Assembly: GCA_044892525.1 (NCBI GenBank) | Contig: CM097885.1 | Span: forward strand, 17,176,001-17,240,000 | DNA: 64,000 bases | From: Schmidtea polychroa | Lineage: Eukaryota | Direction: 5' to 3' | Part shown: piece after piece, positions 23,825 to 35,594 of the stretch | How positions within the stretch are numbered: position 1 is the stretch's first letter | Layout of the letters: every line of letters begins with the position of its first letter | The notes under the pieces: model-generated | Told to the model about the DNA's origin: nothing | Databases searched by the model: none | Seen by the model: only the letters and a program-made list of their open reading frames with translations | Position numbers and translations under genes: made by a program

Positions 23825-26800
23825 TTATTGATCTTCATCCCATTCGCTGTCGTCGAAACTGGGACTTGGAGCTGCACTGAATTCCTCATCATATTCACTT
23901 AATTCGTCAACTCCTAAATTGTGCCCAAATGCGTAACTTATGTTTTTGCCTAGCCACGCGCGCTTATCATCATTATTACTTAGGGCAATTTTCGAATTTT
24001 TAAAAGTAAAAAGTTGGTGATTTCTAGTACCTATTCTAGTCTGCGGTACAGAAATCACCTGATTTGAATGAAAGCAATTTAGATATGTTTCATGATTTAT
24101 TGATGTCCCTGGTAATTTAACCCCCTTCGCTTTTACCGTTTCCTTACTACCTAAAAGACTATAACATTTAGGGCGTAAGAAAACCCATTCGGAATAACCT
24201 AATCCCTTGCTCTCATCTTTAAACTTCCCGATGACAGAGTCAAGGTTCCTATTATACAAGGGGTGTGTTGGATCGTAATTTGACGTATCCAATAAATTAT
24301 CAGAGATCATCTGAGGTAATAGAGTTGTTAATTTTAAATTTTTTATTTCCAAAAAGAAACTGTCGGTATCACCGGCAATAATATTTATAATACATTTATA
24401 TTGACGTCTGTACTTCTCCAAATCAATGTATTGGAGCTGGTACATCCGCAGTTTAGACAGATCTAGTACTGTTTGACCAATGTAGCTAGGTCTGTCTAAA
24501 CAAATTGAATCTTTTTCCAAATGTGCCGCAATCAGATCGTTATCGATTCTTATAGACTTTCTGAAAGTCGGCTTTGAGGAGTATACTATCATCTTTTCGG
24601 ATGAATTACACAACCTCAAATTCATTCGTTTTTTCAGATTTTCAACGGATTTACCGTACAGACTGTTATTATACAATTTAAACAAGTCCCTATATATCTC
24701 GCTAGTAGACTGAGATCGTAAAGTGGTGTTGGTGTCTATGTAGGATTTAAAGATAGGTCCTTGTTTAAACTTTATACATCTATGAATATTTACAACAACC
24801 GCACCTAATTCTATATACAATTTGAGAAGCCTCCAATGAAGAACATAGTTCCTCTTTGGCCAATGCGTAAGCATAAGCTTCTCAACTTTTGAATTAGGCG
24901 GGCACAACTTTTCCGGCGCAAGCGGAAAATCATTCAAAAAATCATGCACACATTCCGGAATATCGATATCGACCTCCATAGTATACCCATATGGAAGGTT
25001 ATCAATATCCGTGTTCATACATTCAAGTAAAACATCATTCAAGTTATTATTCACCCAAGAAAAATCACCATACGGAAGATTTTGGCTAAGAGCCCAACCA
25101 TACAGATTATTTATATCAATGTACAATAATTCTGTATCATCTGAAGTAGCCGTGTAATGTTTGTTAACAAATGTTAACCCACCCCGGATACCTCCCTCAT
25201 AGAAATTATACATTTCCATGTCCTGCAAAAGTTCTATGGGTTCCGTTAATGTCATAAGCGCTGAGGCCCATGACATACCGGGAATCCCGTAGAAATTAAG
25301 AGGATCCAGACCATTGTAAGCAATTGCCTTACCGCGGAATTGCTGAAAATAGTCTGCGAGGAGGTATACGTCCAATTTTAGGTAGATTAACATATAATCT
25401 AACAAATTATTACAGTTATGCTGACTCCACATTATTTGAGCCTCAGCGTACTGATCTTCCGTAACATCAGACCAAATAGGAGGTAATTCTAAAGTCGATT
25501 CAAGAACATCCAAAGAAGTAGCGAAATTATATGGAAAGATACCTTTAGAGTGAATCATCGACCCTTGAAAGACAGACGAAGTTAACGGAAAAGTAGTAAG
25601 TGTTTTCACAGCTTTTGCTAAAGAACAATTAACAAATTGCATGCTGTCAATAAAACGAACAGGCAATTTGTTAATATATGCAATTAAAGATATAAATTTT
25701 TCTGTAGAGGTAGGTATAATATTAAGTTCCCAAAGGGGAAAATCACTGAGACCATGTTTTAAAATATGGTGGAGGTCATAGCCTCGTAAATTATGAAAGA
25801 CTACTGGTAACAACTTATTAATCCTGCGAGAGACATTACATTTCCTACATGCCGCTCCGACATATCTACCTGTAAAATGGCAATGATCTCTCACAGGATT
25901 AATAATAGCTTTTTTACACAAATAACAAATAGTACTAGATCGAAAGGCACGCTCCTGAGCAAAAGACAAAGTAGACATACCTTTATGACCTTCAAGTTCA
26001 TAATATGGCAGGACAATTGTGACAGCAATTTCCTCCACTTTCCTCAAAAAATCCAAAATACAATTAGGTCCAAAAAAATAATAATAAAATTTAGTGTTTG
26101 TATAATTATTATTTAATAAAAGACCTGCTGATATGGGTAAATGTATTTGATGATATGTTTCATGTTCTGGTAAAACCGATTCAAAATCGGCATAAATTAC
26201 GAAGGGAGGTGTAACGGTTTTTGCGTAATCTGTGAATAATAAATCCTTATTTTTAGGAAGTGTATACAAGGTTGTGCCAGTCTGATTTTTACAGCATAGA
26301 GCAACATGCTGATCGAAAGCATTCTTATATCTAAAGCCATTTAAACAATGTGGGCACCAGTTACACCTTATTTGAACATTTACATTTTCATTTAAATGAC
26401 AATTCATTAATTTGTCCAAGTCTGTCACTGCCGTATAATGATATTTATCTTTATTACTCAAAAGTAATAAATAAATCGGCCTACCATCTATAACCTTGGA
26501 GCGATGTATGATATTAAGATGAGGGTGGTGAGCTACATAATTCTGAGAAATATCACTATCAGAACTGGCTGGATTATACGAAAGAACGTTTATGCTTAAT
26601 TTTAAATCACGATTTTTCCTTTCAAATTTGGGAATGTTACATAGCCTCATCGGGCAATCTGTGTCTTCATCATAATTTAATAGAGGTAAAAATTCTATAT
26701 ATTTGGCGGCTCTTTGGTGATTACGACCTATTTCTTCTCTTTTTAAAAGTGCAAGAATGCTATATAAGAAACACTTATGGTCGTTGTTTTTAACATTAAT

Positions 26801-28543
26801 TATTGCATGTTTTAATTTTAATGCAGATGGGGTTTTTATATAGCTATGTCCGGATAATCTACTAACGGGTGCGTATTTCGTTAAAATAAAATCTATCTCT
26901 AAAATATTTAATACTCGCCACGCGCTTCCTAAATAAGTAAATTACTCAATCTTTTCATTTAATTTGCTCACCCCCTCGTTTATAAAGTTTGCTGTAAAAA
27001 CTTGAGCATTGTTTGAAAAATAATTATCCTGGATCTCCCCATCTTTTTAAAATTTAATTAAAATTGCAAATTGAATTTTTACATTGCCCATCTTTTCTAT
27101 TTCCGCTATTAATCTTTCTTCAATTTTTGATGTTAGGGCTATTTTTACTAAGTTTTGATTTCTTATATCAAATTTTAAAGTTTTTCGCGATCCGTTCAAA
27201 TCGGATTCTACCATAGGTTCAAACAAAGAGCCGCCTATTTGATATATGTTGAAAGACGTTGAAGCTACACATTCATCATTGATGACTATCACTTCTTGTT
27301 GTGTAATGGGTGTGTGTTGTGTAATGGGTGCGTGTTGTGTGAAAGATGTTGAAGCTACACATTCATCTTTGCTGATGACTATCACTTCAGGTCGCGATAA
27401 TTTATTCGGAATATAATTTTTAATTAAACCAGCAGGTCTTTTAATCGAATCTTTTTTAATATTTATAATATCTTTTTTAATAATATTTATAGTATCTTTT
27501 TTAATAACATCTTTTTTAATAGAATCTGTTTTTTCTTTTATAATATTTTTTTTAATATTTTTTAAATCTTTTTTAATATCTTTTTTTATATCTTTTTTAA
27601 TAGTATTTTTTGGTAAATTTTTTGATAAATTTTTTTGTAATTTTTTTTTATTTATTTTTTTAAATAAAACATTTTTTGATATCGAAAATTGCCCTAAGTG
27701 ACTATGATGTTTATTAAAAAATTCCCTATATTTTATTTTTTCGCTCGTTACACATTTGGGGCATATAAAAAAGTTGACCGAATTAAACTTTTTTCGGTAA
27801 TATTTTCTCATTGTATCATGACAATCATCGTTATGACCAATTGAAGATTGGCAATAATTCGGGTATAGTATACCTGTTAAATAATAAAATTAAAATTTTA
27901 TTGTTTTTTCTATATAGAAAACTAATTGTTACTTCTACAAGGATTTATCATCATTTGTTATATAGTTCATTTGAATTAAATAACAAATGATGATAAATCA
28001 TTATAGAAAATAGGTTAATATATTCGATAGAATATTAGAGAGATTTTAGTAGACGGGGTCTGATTATTATTTATATATTATTATTATTATTATTTATATT
28101 ATTATTATTATTATTATTATATAAAAGAAAAGTAGCTGCATGCTCACTGCAGACTACTATGTAGCTGCATGCTTACTGCAAACTACTGTAGACAGGGTCT
28201 GATTATTATTTATATATTATTATTATTATTTATATTATTATTATTTATATTATTATTATTTATATTATTATTATTTATATTATTATTATTATTATTATAT
28301 AAAAGAAAAGTAGCTGCATGCTCACTGCAGACTACTATGTAGCTGCATGCTTACTGCAAACTACTGTAGACGGGGTCTGATTATTATTTATATATTATTA
28401 TTATTATTATTATTTATATTATTATTATTATTATTTATATTATTATTATATAAAAGAAAAGTAGCTGCATGCTCACTGCAGACTACTATGTAGCTGCATG
28501 CTTACTGCAAACTACTGTAGACGGGGTCTGATTATTATTTATA

Positions 28544-28613
<70 letters not shown>

Positions 28614-29748
28614 ATTATTATTATTATTTTAACTATTGTAGATGCACATTGCAAACTACAAGGATTTATAACCATAATTTGTAATCACTTTTTAAATATT
28701 TTGATAATAATAACTTTCAGAAACTTAGTATAATCATTTTCATCATAATTTTGGTTGTAAATCATTTTCATCATAATTTTCGTCATATTTTCATCATAAT
28801 TGATTTTCATCCTATTTTCATCATTTTCTTCATCATAAATTCATAATTTTCTTCATCATCATTTTCGTCATATTTTCATCATTTTCTTTATAAAACATAT
28901 AATCATTTTTCTTCATAATTTTTCGGTATATTTTCATTATAAATCATAAAATCATTTTCTTCAGAAGTTTCATCATAATTTTTATTAAAATATTTAAAAA
29001 AGTTTTTTATCAAAATATTTAAATAAGTTATTACAAATTTAACATATAAATAAAAAACAAAATATATATATAAAAATAAATATTTCTTACATTGTGATTC
29101 CATGTCGGAATCATTCTCAGAGATTTGCCCATCATTCTCTGAGATTTGATCATCATCCGATGAGATTTGCCCATCATTCTCTGAGATTTGATCATCATCC
29201 GATGAGATTTGCCCATCATTCTCACAGATTTCACCATCATCCGATGCGAGGACATTAATTTCTTCTTCGTCAATATCAACATTTAAAACATTTTCTGAAA
29301 TGAAAATTAATTTAATAGAAATAATAATAAAATTTACTTTTTTCTTTGAGAACTGGGGCATAATTAGGGGCATCAGTTTGCCCAATAAAGACGACATCAT
29401 CGTCGCTATTGTAAACATTTTCTGAATTGAAAAAAAAAATAATTTAATAAAAAAAATAATAATAAATTTACCAAAGATCTTATTAGGAGCATTACTTTCC
29501 CCGATAAAGACGACATCATCGTCGCTATTTGAAGCATTTTCTGAATTGAAAAAAAAAATTAATTTATTAAAAATTATAATAATAAATTTACCGAAGATCT
29601 TATCCACTGTTAATATCGAGTCATCTTCCGTTACATCGTACCAATCGAATGGTTCTAAAATAATAAAATAAAATATAATAAAATAAAATAAATTACCCAT
29701 TGTCGTCAAAAGATTTCTTAGAATTCCATTTTTATTATTGTTAGCCAT
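23825..29748 (-). pseudogene. polB: Protein-primed family B DNA polymerase; predicted 6-exon gene (~1506 aa) with two premature TAA
   Basis: Core 23825-26650 has IYADFES, FHNLRGYD, YIDINNLYG, KLYNNSLYGK, GDTDS and RPKCY, plus an endonuclease VII-like CYLC..DHCH.TG...CRKCN. The same frame extends upstream through TAA at 26944 and 27049 (GSAW, SYIKTP, AIINVKNNDHKCF) into ORF 27047-27811. Predicted exons 29748-29697, 29654-29592, 29540-29472, 29421-29338, 29294-29091, 27873-23825. Confidence 0.9.
28049..28620. repeat. Tandem repeat of ~150-180 bp units with variable TTA tracts, inside predicted PolB intron 5
   Basis: Three full units of gtagac(g/a)gggtctga-(tta)n-ataaaagaaaagtagctgcatgctcactgcagactactatgtagctgcatgcttactgcaaactact, plus a partial fourth. 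Confidence 0.9.
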
Positions 29749-30070
29749 TTAGATTTTTAAAATTGAAATTGAAATTTGAAAAATTTTGAAATAATTGTGA
29801 CAAATTTTAGATTTGTCAATGTTTATAAAGAGAATGAATATTTTCCTGTCCCAGCCAATGAGAATATAGACACACACACATATACATTGAATATTTTACT
29901 CTCTCAACCAATCACACGCATGCATGTATGTAATGTAAATCAGTCAGAATTACATGTGACTGCCTTTGTTAGTCATGCCTTTGTTAACTTGCACTGTGCA
30001 TGCCTCATGCAAAGGCAGTCTTTATGTTACAAATAATAATATTTATTAGAATAATAATAAAATTAATAAT

Positions 30071-30131
<61 letters not shown>

Positions 30132-30228
30132 TTAATAATAATAATATTAATAATAATAATAATAATAACACAACAACAAAGGAAAGGATACATTTATTAA
30201 ACATCAAATTTATTAAACATTTTTTTCT

Positions 30229-30614
30229 TTAAACATCAAATTTTTTGTACAATAACCAAGCTAAACAATGTTGACCGCATGTTTGGGTCAAAGGATTTTG
30301 AAACATAGTTTTATTATACACAATAGGTTTTCCCATTGTTTGTAGTTTTGATATCAACAAAGCTGGGTAATAGAAACCCATAGGATCGAACACGAATATA
30401 TTACCAGGTTTCACATATATAGCTATCCAATGTTCTCCACCAAGATGAGACGATTGAGTATTGACGATTATTGCTTGATTATTGCTCAAATATGGAATTT
30501 TATCAAGAGGAAAAACTCCAACAAATTCATTTCCCAATATCTGTTTTCCGATTTTATTGACCTGAACAGAACTATTTTAATAAATTAAACAGTATAAAAA
30601 ACAACTTACTCCAT
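30229..30614 (-). CDS. Adenain-like (C5) cysteine maturation protease, two exons
   Basis: Catalytic motifs GEHW, FDPMG and Q...TCGQHC. ATGGA (30614-30610) plus a 38-nt GTAAGT..TAG intron (30609-30572) gives MDSVQVNKIGKQILGNEFVGVFPLD. Confidence 0.9.
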
Positions 30615-30641
30615 GATAACTTTTTGTGTTTCTGTATACAT

Positions 30642-31862
30642 TTATACCAACACTGTTCTATTTGCAGTAATTTGAACTTCATTTTCAAATACTCCATATA
30701 TTATAACATGTACTGGTTCAGTAATAGCTTTTGCAAACTTTATATCCAGTCGTAAATTTCCATTTTGAGGTAATTGACTTTGATTTAAATCAAAATCAGG
30801 GGCTAAAACAAATGTAAAAAATGGGTATTTGCTTTTAAAATCTTCTAGTGTTATTCCGCAATTCAAATTTTTATCTAAATAACCCAGATTTCTAACAATA
30901 CTCTGCATATATGTCGCGCAGTAATTGTCATTCTCGAAATCTTGAATATATGTTTCTCTATAATCAGTATTTTTCGACAAAGTCAATGATGTAACACCAA
31001 AGTTTTTGAAAATTGAGCTGGACGCAGTATATGATCCATTATATTGTGCTTCACTTTGAAATGTTATCAGAATAAAATTAGGCATTCTTCTGTCACCAAA
31101 TATTTGTTCTTTATAGAATGATGAAGCACCTTTAGCAATAGCAAATTGTACAATTTCCTTTGTTTTTAATGGATAAATTGCATGTTTTGAATTAAGACCC
31201 AATTGATGACCTGCTAATACTGAAGGGTCTACTCGAACTCTTCTCACCAATAATTTTGCATCAACTAATTGACATATTGGTGCAGTAGTTGCACTAGTAA
31301 GAGATAATGCAGAATCAGACCTTTTCAATCTAATATGTACATTAACTCCCGGTAGTAAATATTTCGGTTGATCCATAAAATCAAGTTGTAATGATGAGCA
31401 CATGGTGAAAACCTTTGAGCCTTTTACCCACTTTTTTTTTTCATCATCACTGCCATAACCCATAGGAGTAAGACATGTATTTTTAGTATCGGAATTGTAA
31501 TTTAAAATAGTTTCTATTAATGCCTTGTGAATGAATGTATTATTTCCGCCCTCAATCTTGATATTATTAAATCCCAACACTGCATCTTTAAAAAGAGTAT
31601 GAAACAGGAAATTGTTCGGTATTACATCTGCATTGGCATCCAAAACTTTTCTATCTTTATCTACAACCTTAATCTGAACAGTCAATAAAGTATCGTTCAA
31701 ATCTAAATATTCGGTTTGTGAACCATTAATATAAAACTCGATATCGTTTCTACTATCTGTAATTGAATTCATAGGAAAAACTTCCTCAAATGCCCCAAAT
31801 TCTATTACAGCCTGGGGCGATGGTCTATCAAATATACATAATTCGGATTTACCACAAATCAT
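30642..31862 (-). CDS. Maverick major capsid protein (double jelly-roll, hexon-like)
   Basis: Intact 406 aa with KSELCIF, YLDLNDTLL, NNFLFHTLF, QPKYLLPGV, FVLAPD and GNLRLDIKF. Lies between core-like gene and protease; ATGA overlap with the upstream gene. Confidence 0.9.
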   Translation of the reverse strand: MICGKSELCIFDRPSPQAVIEFGAFEEVFPMNSITDSRNDIEFYINGSQTEYLDLNDTLLTVQIKVVDKDRKVLDANADVIPNNFLFHTLFKDAVLGFNNIKIEGGNNTFIHKALIETILNYNSDTKNTCLTPMGYGSDDEKKKWVKGSKVFTMCSSLQLDFMDQPKYLLPGVNVHIRLKRSDSALSLTSATTAPICQLVDAKLLVRRVRVDPSVLAGHQLGLNSKHAIYPLKTKEIVQFAIAKGASSFYKEQIFGDRRMPNFILITFQSEAQYNGSYTASSSIFKNFGVTSLTLSKNTDYRETYIQDFENDNYCATYMQSIVRNLGYLDKNLNCGITLEDFKSKYPFFTFVLAPDFDLNQSQLPQNGNLRLDIKFAKAITEPVHVIIYGVFENEVQITANRTVLV

Positions 31863-32230
31863 TTTGCAAATATAGTTCCATGTCCTTTCATTCGTTTGTT
31901 TATACGTGATATTCCATGTCTTTTACGTTTTGGAGCATGAGCTGGAGCTGGAGCTGGAGCTGGTTTTTGAAACATACCTGCAACCCCGGGTAAAACTTTC
32001 CCTAATTCTGCTAAAGCATTTGTTTTTAGAGATGGTAATATTTTCTGTTCATTCATAATAACATCTTTTGCAGTTTTCATACCAAAACTACCGATACGTT
32101 TAAGAATAGGCAATGCAAATCTACCAATTGTTCTCAACCATCCTGATCCGTACTGTTTACCAATAAAATATGGTAAATCACCACCAGATTGGCTACCACT
32201 ATACATACTAATAATATCAGAATTAGCCAT
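31859..32230 (-). CDS. Small basic core-like precursor with protease cleavage motifs
   Basis: QSGG|D and QYGSG|W followed by an amphipathic helix and a basic tail KRKRH. Conserved position before the MCP. Confidence 0.75.
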   Translation of the reverse strand: MANSDIISMYSGSQSGGDLPYFIGKQYGSGWLRTIGRFALPILKRIGSFGMKTAKDVIMNEQKILPSLKTNALAELGKVLPGVAGMFQKPAPAPAPAHAPKRKRHGISRINKRMKGHGTIFAK

Positions 32231-33290
32231 TTATTTTACGAAAATGTAATGTCAAATGAGTTTTTGAACCTTTTGGAAATTCGATTAATTGACCAGAATC
32301 ATCTCTTATATTTATTTCTATATTGTTTATACAAGATGTTGAAACAGGTAAATACATGGGATTTTCTACATTGATTTGTACAACTTCATCTTGATCATGT
32401 TTTTCAATCCATATAGATTTCATTAAAGGAACACTAGAATCACCAACAATAACTGGTTCCACGATATTACTGTAAATGAACATTTGCTGATGATGTTTAA
32501 GGATTTTCGGTTTGTTTGTTCCTTCACAAATTTGTTCATTTTGTGTACATACTGGTTTAGTCAATCCTAATGTTTTTGTCAAATTTGAGTCAAATTTAAC
32601 TTGACTAAGATTAGAATTTATACTAAATCTAAATACTTTATCTTTTTGAAGCTCAAAAACTGTTAAAATCTCGCTACAATTGTCACCTAAATAAGTTTGT
32701 AATTGTTCGAGGTCTGTAATATATAAATTATCTTTAAAAGTATATGCATGCTCTGTTATTTCAAAGTATGATAGCTTAAATTTGAATTCCACTAAATTAT
32801 TAGTTTTTGGAAGTGTAGAGAGATTTATTTTGACTGTATCATTAAATACATTACGTAAATCAGTAAATCCAAGACGTTTAGCATCAGCCACTGTAGAAAA
32901 TATAATTTCGAATGGCTTATTCAAGCAATTCATGTATAAATATTGACCATCATCATAAATTATAGGTTTCCTTGATTTCGATGAACTCGTCAAGTTATAA
33001 TTATCTTTATCAATAAGAACACTAATATATTCCGTTACTGCTACTTTCTTATTATATTCAATAACAGATTTGCTATAGATTGGGAATAAATTGTATACAA
33101 ATGTAAAATCCAACAGAGCAACTTCCCAGTCATTATCCAAATAGATGGGGTTTTGGAGTTCGATGATGAATTTGCTTGCTTGATTTTCTGGATGAATTAA
33201 TGGACAACTATTGCTCGGCAAAATAGTATAAAAATTCACTTTACTATGTCTTTTGCTGATATCCATGACGGGTTTTGATAACCATGCCAT
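32223..33290 (-). CDS. Maverick minor capsid protein (penton)
   Basis: FYTILPSNS, WEVAL, FIYSNIVEP.IVGD..VPL, NPMYLPV, IRDDSG..I.F, LHFR. The true start is probably near 33239 (GTG AAT TTT overlapping the integrase stop). Confidence 0.88.
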   Translation of the reverse strand: MAWLSKPVMDISKRHSKVNFYTILPSNSCPLIHPENQASKFIIELQNPIYLDNDWEVALLDFTFVYNLFPIYSKSVIEYNKKVAVTEYISVLIDKDNYNLTSSSKSRKPIIYDDGQYLYMNCLNKPFEIIFSTVADAKRLGFTDLRNVFNDTVKINLSTLPKTNNLVEFKFKLSYFEITEHAYTFKDNLYITDLEQLQTYLGDNCSEILTVFELQKDKVFRFSINSNLSQVKFDSNLTKTLGLTKPVCTQNEQICEGTNKPKILKHHQQMFIYSNIVEPVIVGDSSVPLMKSIWIEKHDQDEVVQINVENPMYLPVSTSCINNIEINIRDDSGQLIEFPKGSKTHLTLHFRKING

Positions 33291-33868
33291 TTGACATAGT
33301 ATTGTTTATCCTTACCGACCATTTTAGTTTTCAATATTTTTTGAATTCTAAATACTTTTGGGGGAGGAATGACTTGTAATTCCTGCTCATAAAATTTCCC
33401 CTGTACAATATTATTATCATTGTCTTTGATGACATACATTACAGGATTCTGTTTAGTATTTATTTTTGAAATTACAAAGACTTCATCACTCCAATTTGTA
33501 TCAAAATTTTTAATAAATGGTGATGCACTAATTTTACTAATTCTAACATGATCACCGACTTTATATTTAGGTTTTGTAATTTTTACAGATTTCTTAGAAG
33601 TCAATGATGTTTTTGATGTAATATCAACCGGTCTCAATCCATTCAGTCCTCGATGTGATGAATGATTATAACTTGTTATTATTTTCGGTAAAGCATTTAC
33701 CCATTTTTTATTACCTTGATGCACGAACAATTTCTTTAATCGATCTCTCAATGTTCGATTAAATCTTTCAACATGGGCAGCTTTGTATTGAGAATGTACC
33801 GAGTAGTGATTTATTTTCAGTTTATCGAGGATTTGCTTAACTTTACTATTGTAGAATTCTTTACGTAA

Positions 33869-33909
<41 letters not shown>

Positions 33910-34294
33910 CCAAATCTGTTTGCAAGTTATTAGGATGTCCATCTTTAAATAAAATATTAATTGCCTTGGACATTTCTTCTGCAGATTTAGCCTTGACTGG
34001 TATTGCTCGTGCAAACCTGCTGTATACATTAATACATGTTAAAATATATTTATTCCCATTGTTAATTTTCGAATAAGGTATCATCTCCATCAAATCCATT
34101 TGCCATAAATCGTCAATACCAAATGTTTTATACGCTCTTGTTGGAAATCTTTTCCGCATCGGTTTGTTCAAACTGTACGCAAGCTGATCTGATAACCACT
34201 TCTGGGTTTCTTTTTTCGAATTCGGAACTCTTTTGTTTTATTTTGCCACTCCACCGAAACCGGCTTCGTCTTCTGGGTTCGTCCAAATCTTCAT
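33236..34294 (-). pseudogene. rve (retroviral-like) integrase with C-terminal chromodomain; premature stop and a probable 45-nt intron
   Basis: The frame starts MKIWTNPEDEAGFGGVAK*NKRV..KWLSDQLAYSLNKP at ATG 34294, with TAA at 34240-34238. Motifs WQMDL, LQTDLG^KEF, VERFNRT and YYVKWHGY. The insert at 33909-33865 is GT...TTTTAC. Confidence 0.9.
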
Positions 34295-34352
34295 TACAAC
34301 AAGAAGATTTAAAATTAAATTTAATGTCGGGCAATGAAGGATTAGCACCCAT
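34128..34352 (-). CDS. Small ORF overprinting the integrase 5' end, with lipidation-like N-terminus
   Basis: MGANPS...SSCC. The ATG lies directly after the stop of the upstream gene. Confidence 0.4.
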   Translation of the reverse strand: MGANPSLPDIKFNFKSSCCNEDLDEPRRRSRFRWSGKIKQKSSEFEKRNPEVVIRSACVQFEQTDAEKISNKSV

Positions 34353-34355
34353 TGT

Positions 34356-34888
34356 TTATGATTGATTTCCTACAACTCCACCTAATAATGATAATGCCAG
34401 AGGTATCAATGCACCAATAAATCCACCTTGTTGTTTATATATAATTTTCCTCATTTGCTTACGATTTTTATTATTTACTAAAGATAACAATGGTTTCCTA
34501 TGTTTGCTCAATAATTGCTTTTTTGATTTACTGATTTTAATTTTGCCTTTGACTACTTTAAGTATAATATTGAGTAAATCATCGACAACAAAATTTGGGA
34601 ATGATTGCAATATATTCATTCTTTTCATACTCGGGGCCTTTAACAATGCATTAAAAAATGGAAAACTGCGATGATTTTTAACTACTTTTTTACTGGTTTT
34701 ATGGGTTTTACGTTTTTACGTTTAGGTTTAGGATTTTTCGAAATAAGATTCATTGCAGAAAAATTTTCAGTTACAAGATTTTTAGATGGTGTATAACTAG
34801 TTGTTGGTGGAATCTTTGGAACTTTAATACTCTTTCTAATACTTTTTCTTAATTTCCTAATATTTTTCACCCTTGCTTTTAGAAACAT
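34356..34888 (-). CDS. Basic core-like protein ending in QQGG|F plus a hydrophobic tail; two ORFs, possibly one frameshifted gene
   Basis: 34356-34646 ends QQGGFIGALIPLALSLLGG. Its frame is open upstream to ~34714, where a 1-nt shift in an A run would join it to Lys/Arg-rich ORF 34682-34888. Confidence 0.65.
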
Positions 34889-34906
34889 TATTATTCATAG
34901 AGGTTT

Positions 34907-35533
34907 TCAACTTTGTTTATAAACCATGGCACCTTTTGGGTTGAAAATATCTGTTTTTACTCGTAAATCATCGGGGCATTGTTGTGTGAAATCAAGAAAT
35001 ATATATCCATGAGGTATTTTTGTAGCATCTTGAAATGCACTGATAAGAAAATTACGATTGTTAGGGTATGCTTGACGTGCAAGAAAATCAATCACTGTTG
35101 CATCTCTAGGATTCTTGAAAATAACTAAATATTGTACATTTAAATTACGTGTTCGATGTGCCCCACCTTGATGAAATAGATTTTGTGTTATGAAAATAAC
35201 TGTTACACCGACATGTCTGCTGATCTTTGTAAATAAATTATTAAAATCTTTTTCTTTATTAGCTTCTTGATACAAATCATCAATAATAATGACATCACCC
35301 TTCTTTAATCGGCTGGACCAGTTTTTATCAAATCCCTTTACTATTTTCATGTTTTTTAATTTACAGAAACTTGATTGAGTTAATCCATGTTCTTCATCAG
35401 CACCCCTATGCCAATAAATCCTGTTGAATTTTGATTTGAATAAATTGGATTTTAGTAATTTACAAACAAATAATGTTTTTCCACTACCACTCGGACCAAC
35501 GATTTGGTATACTGCATCATTTCTTAATTCCAT
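34907..35533 (-). CDS. A32/FtsK-like genome packaging ATPase
   Basis: Walker A GPSGSGKT, Walker B IIIDD, SRH..VTVIFITQNLF, FKNPRD and PHGYIFLD. Confidence 0.93.
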   Translation of the reverse strand: MELRNDAVYQIVGPSGSGKTLFVCKLLKSNLFKSKFNRIYWHRGADEEHGLTQSSFCKLKNMKIVKGFDKNWSSRLKKGDVIIIDDLYQEANKEKDFNNLFTKISRHVGVTVIFITQNLFHQGGAHRTRNLNVQYLVIFKNPRDATVIDFLARQAYPNNRNFLISAFQDATKIPHGYIFLDFTQQCPDDLRVKTDIFNPKGAMVYKQS

Positions 35534-35594
35534 TTCAAAGATTTTATAAATGTGTATTTGTTTATATTCGATGATTTAATGAACTCGTGCTCAA

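Noticed and set aside
28049..28620. Repeat-spacer pattern reminiscent of a CRISPR array
   Set aside because: The spacers are only variable TTA tracts, there are no cas genes, and the context is eukaryotic.
28903..29748. 281-aa single ORF with hydrophobic F/I-rich stretches read as a membrane protein
   Set aside because: The hydrophobic stretches coincide with GT-AG intron sequences; the spliced model fits better.
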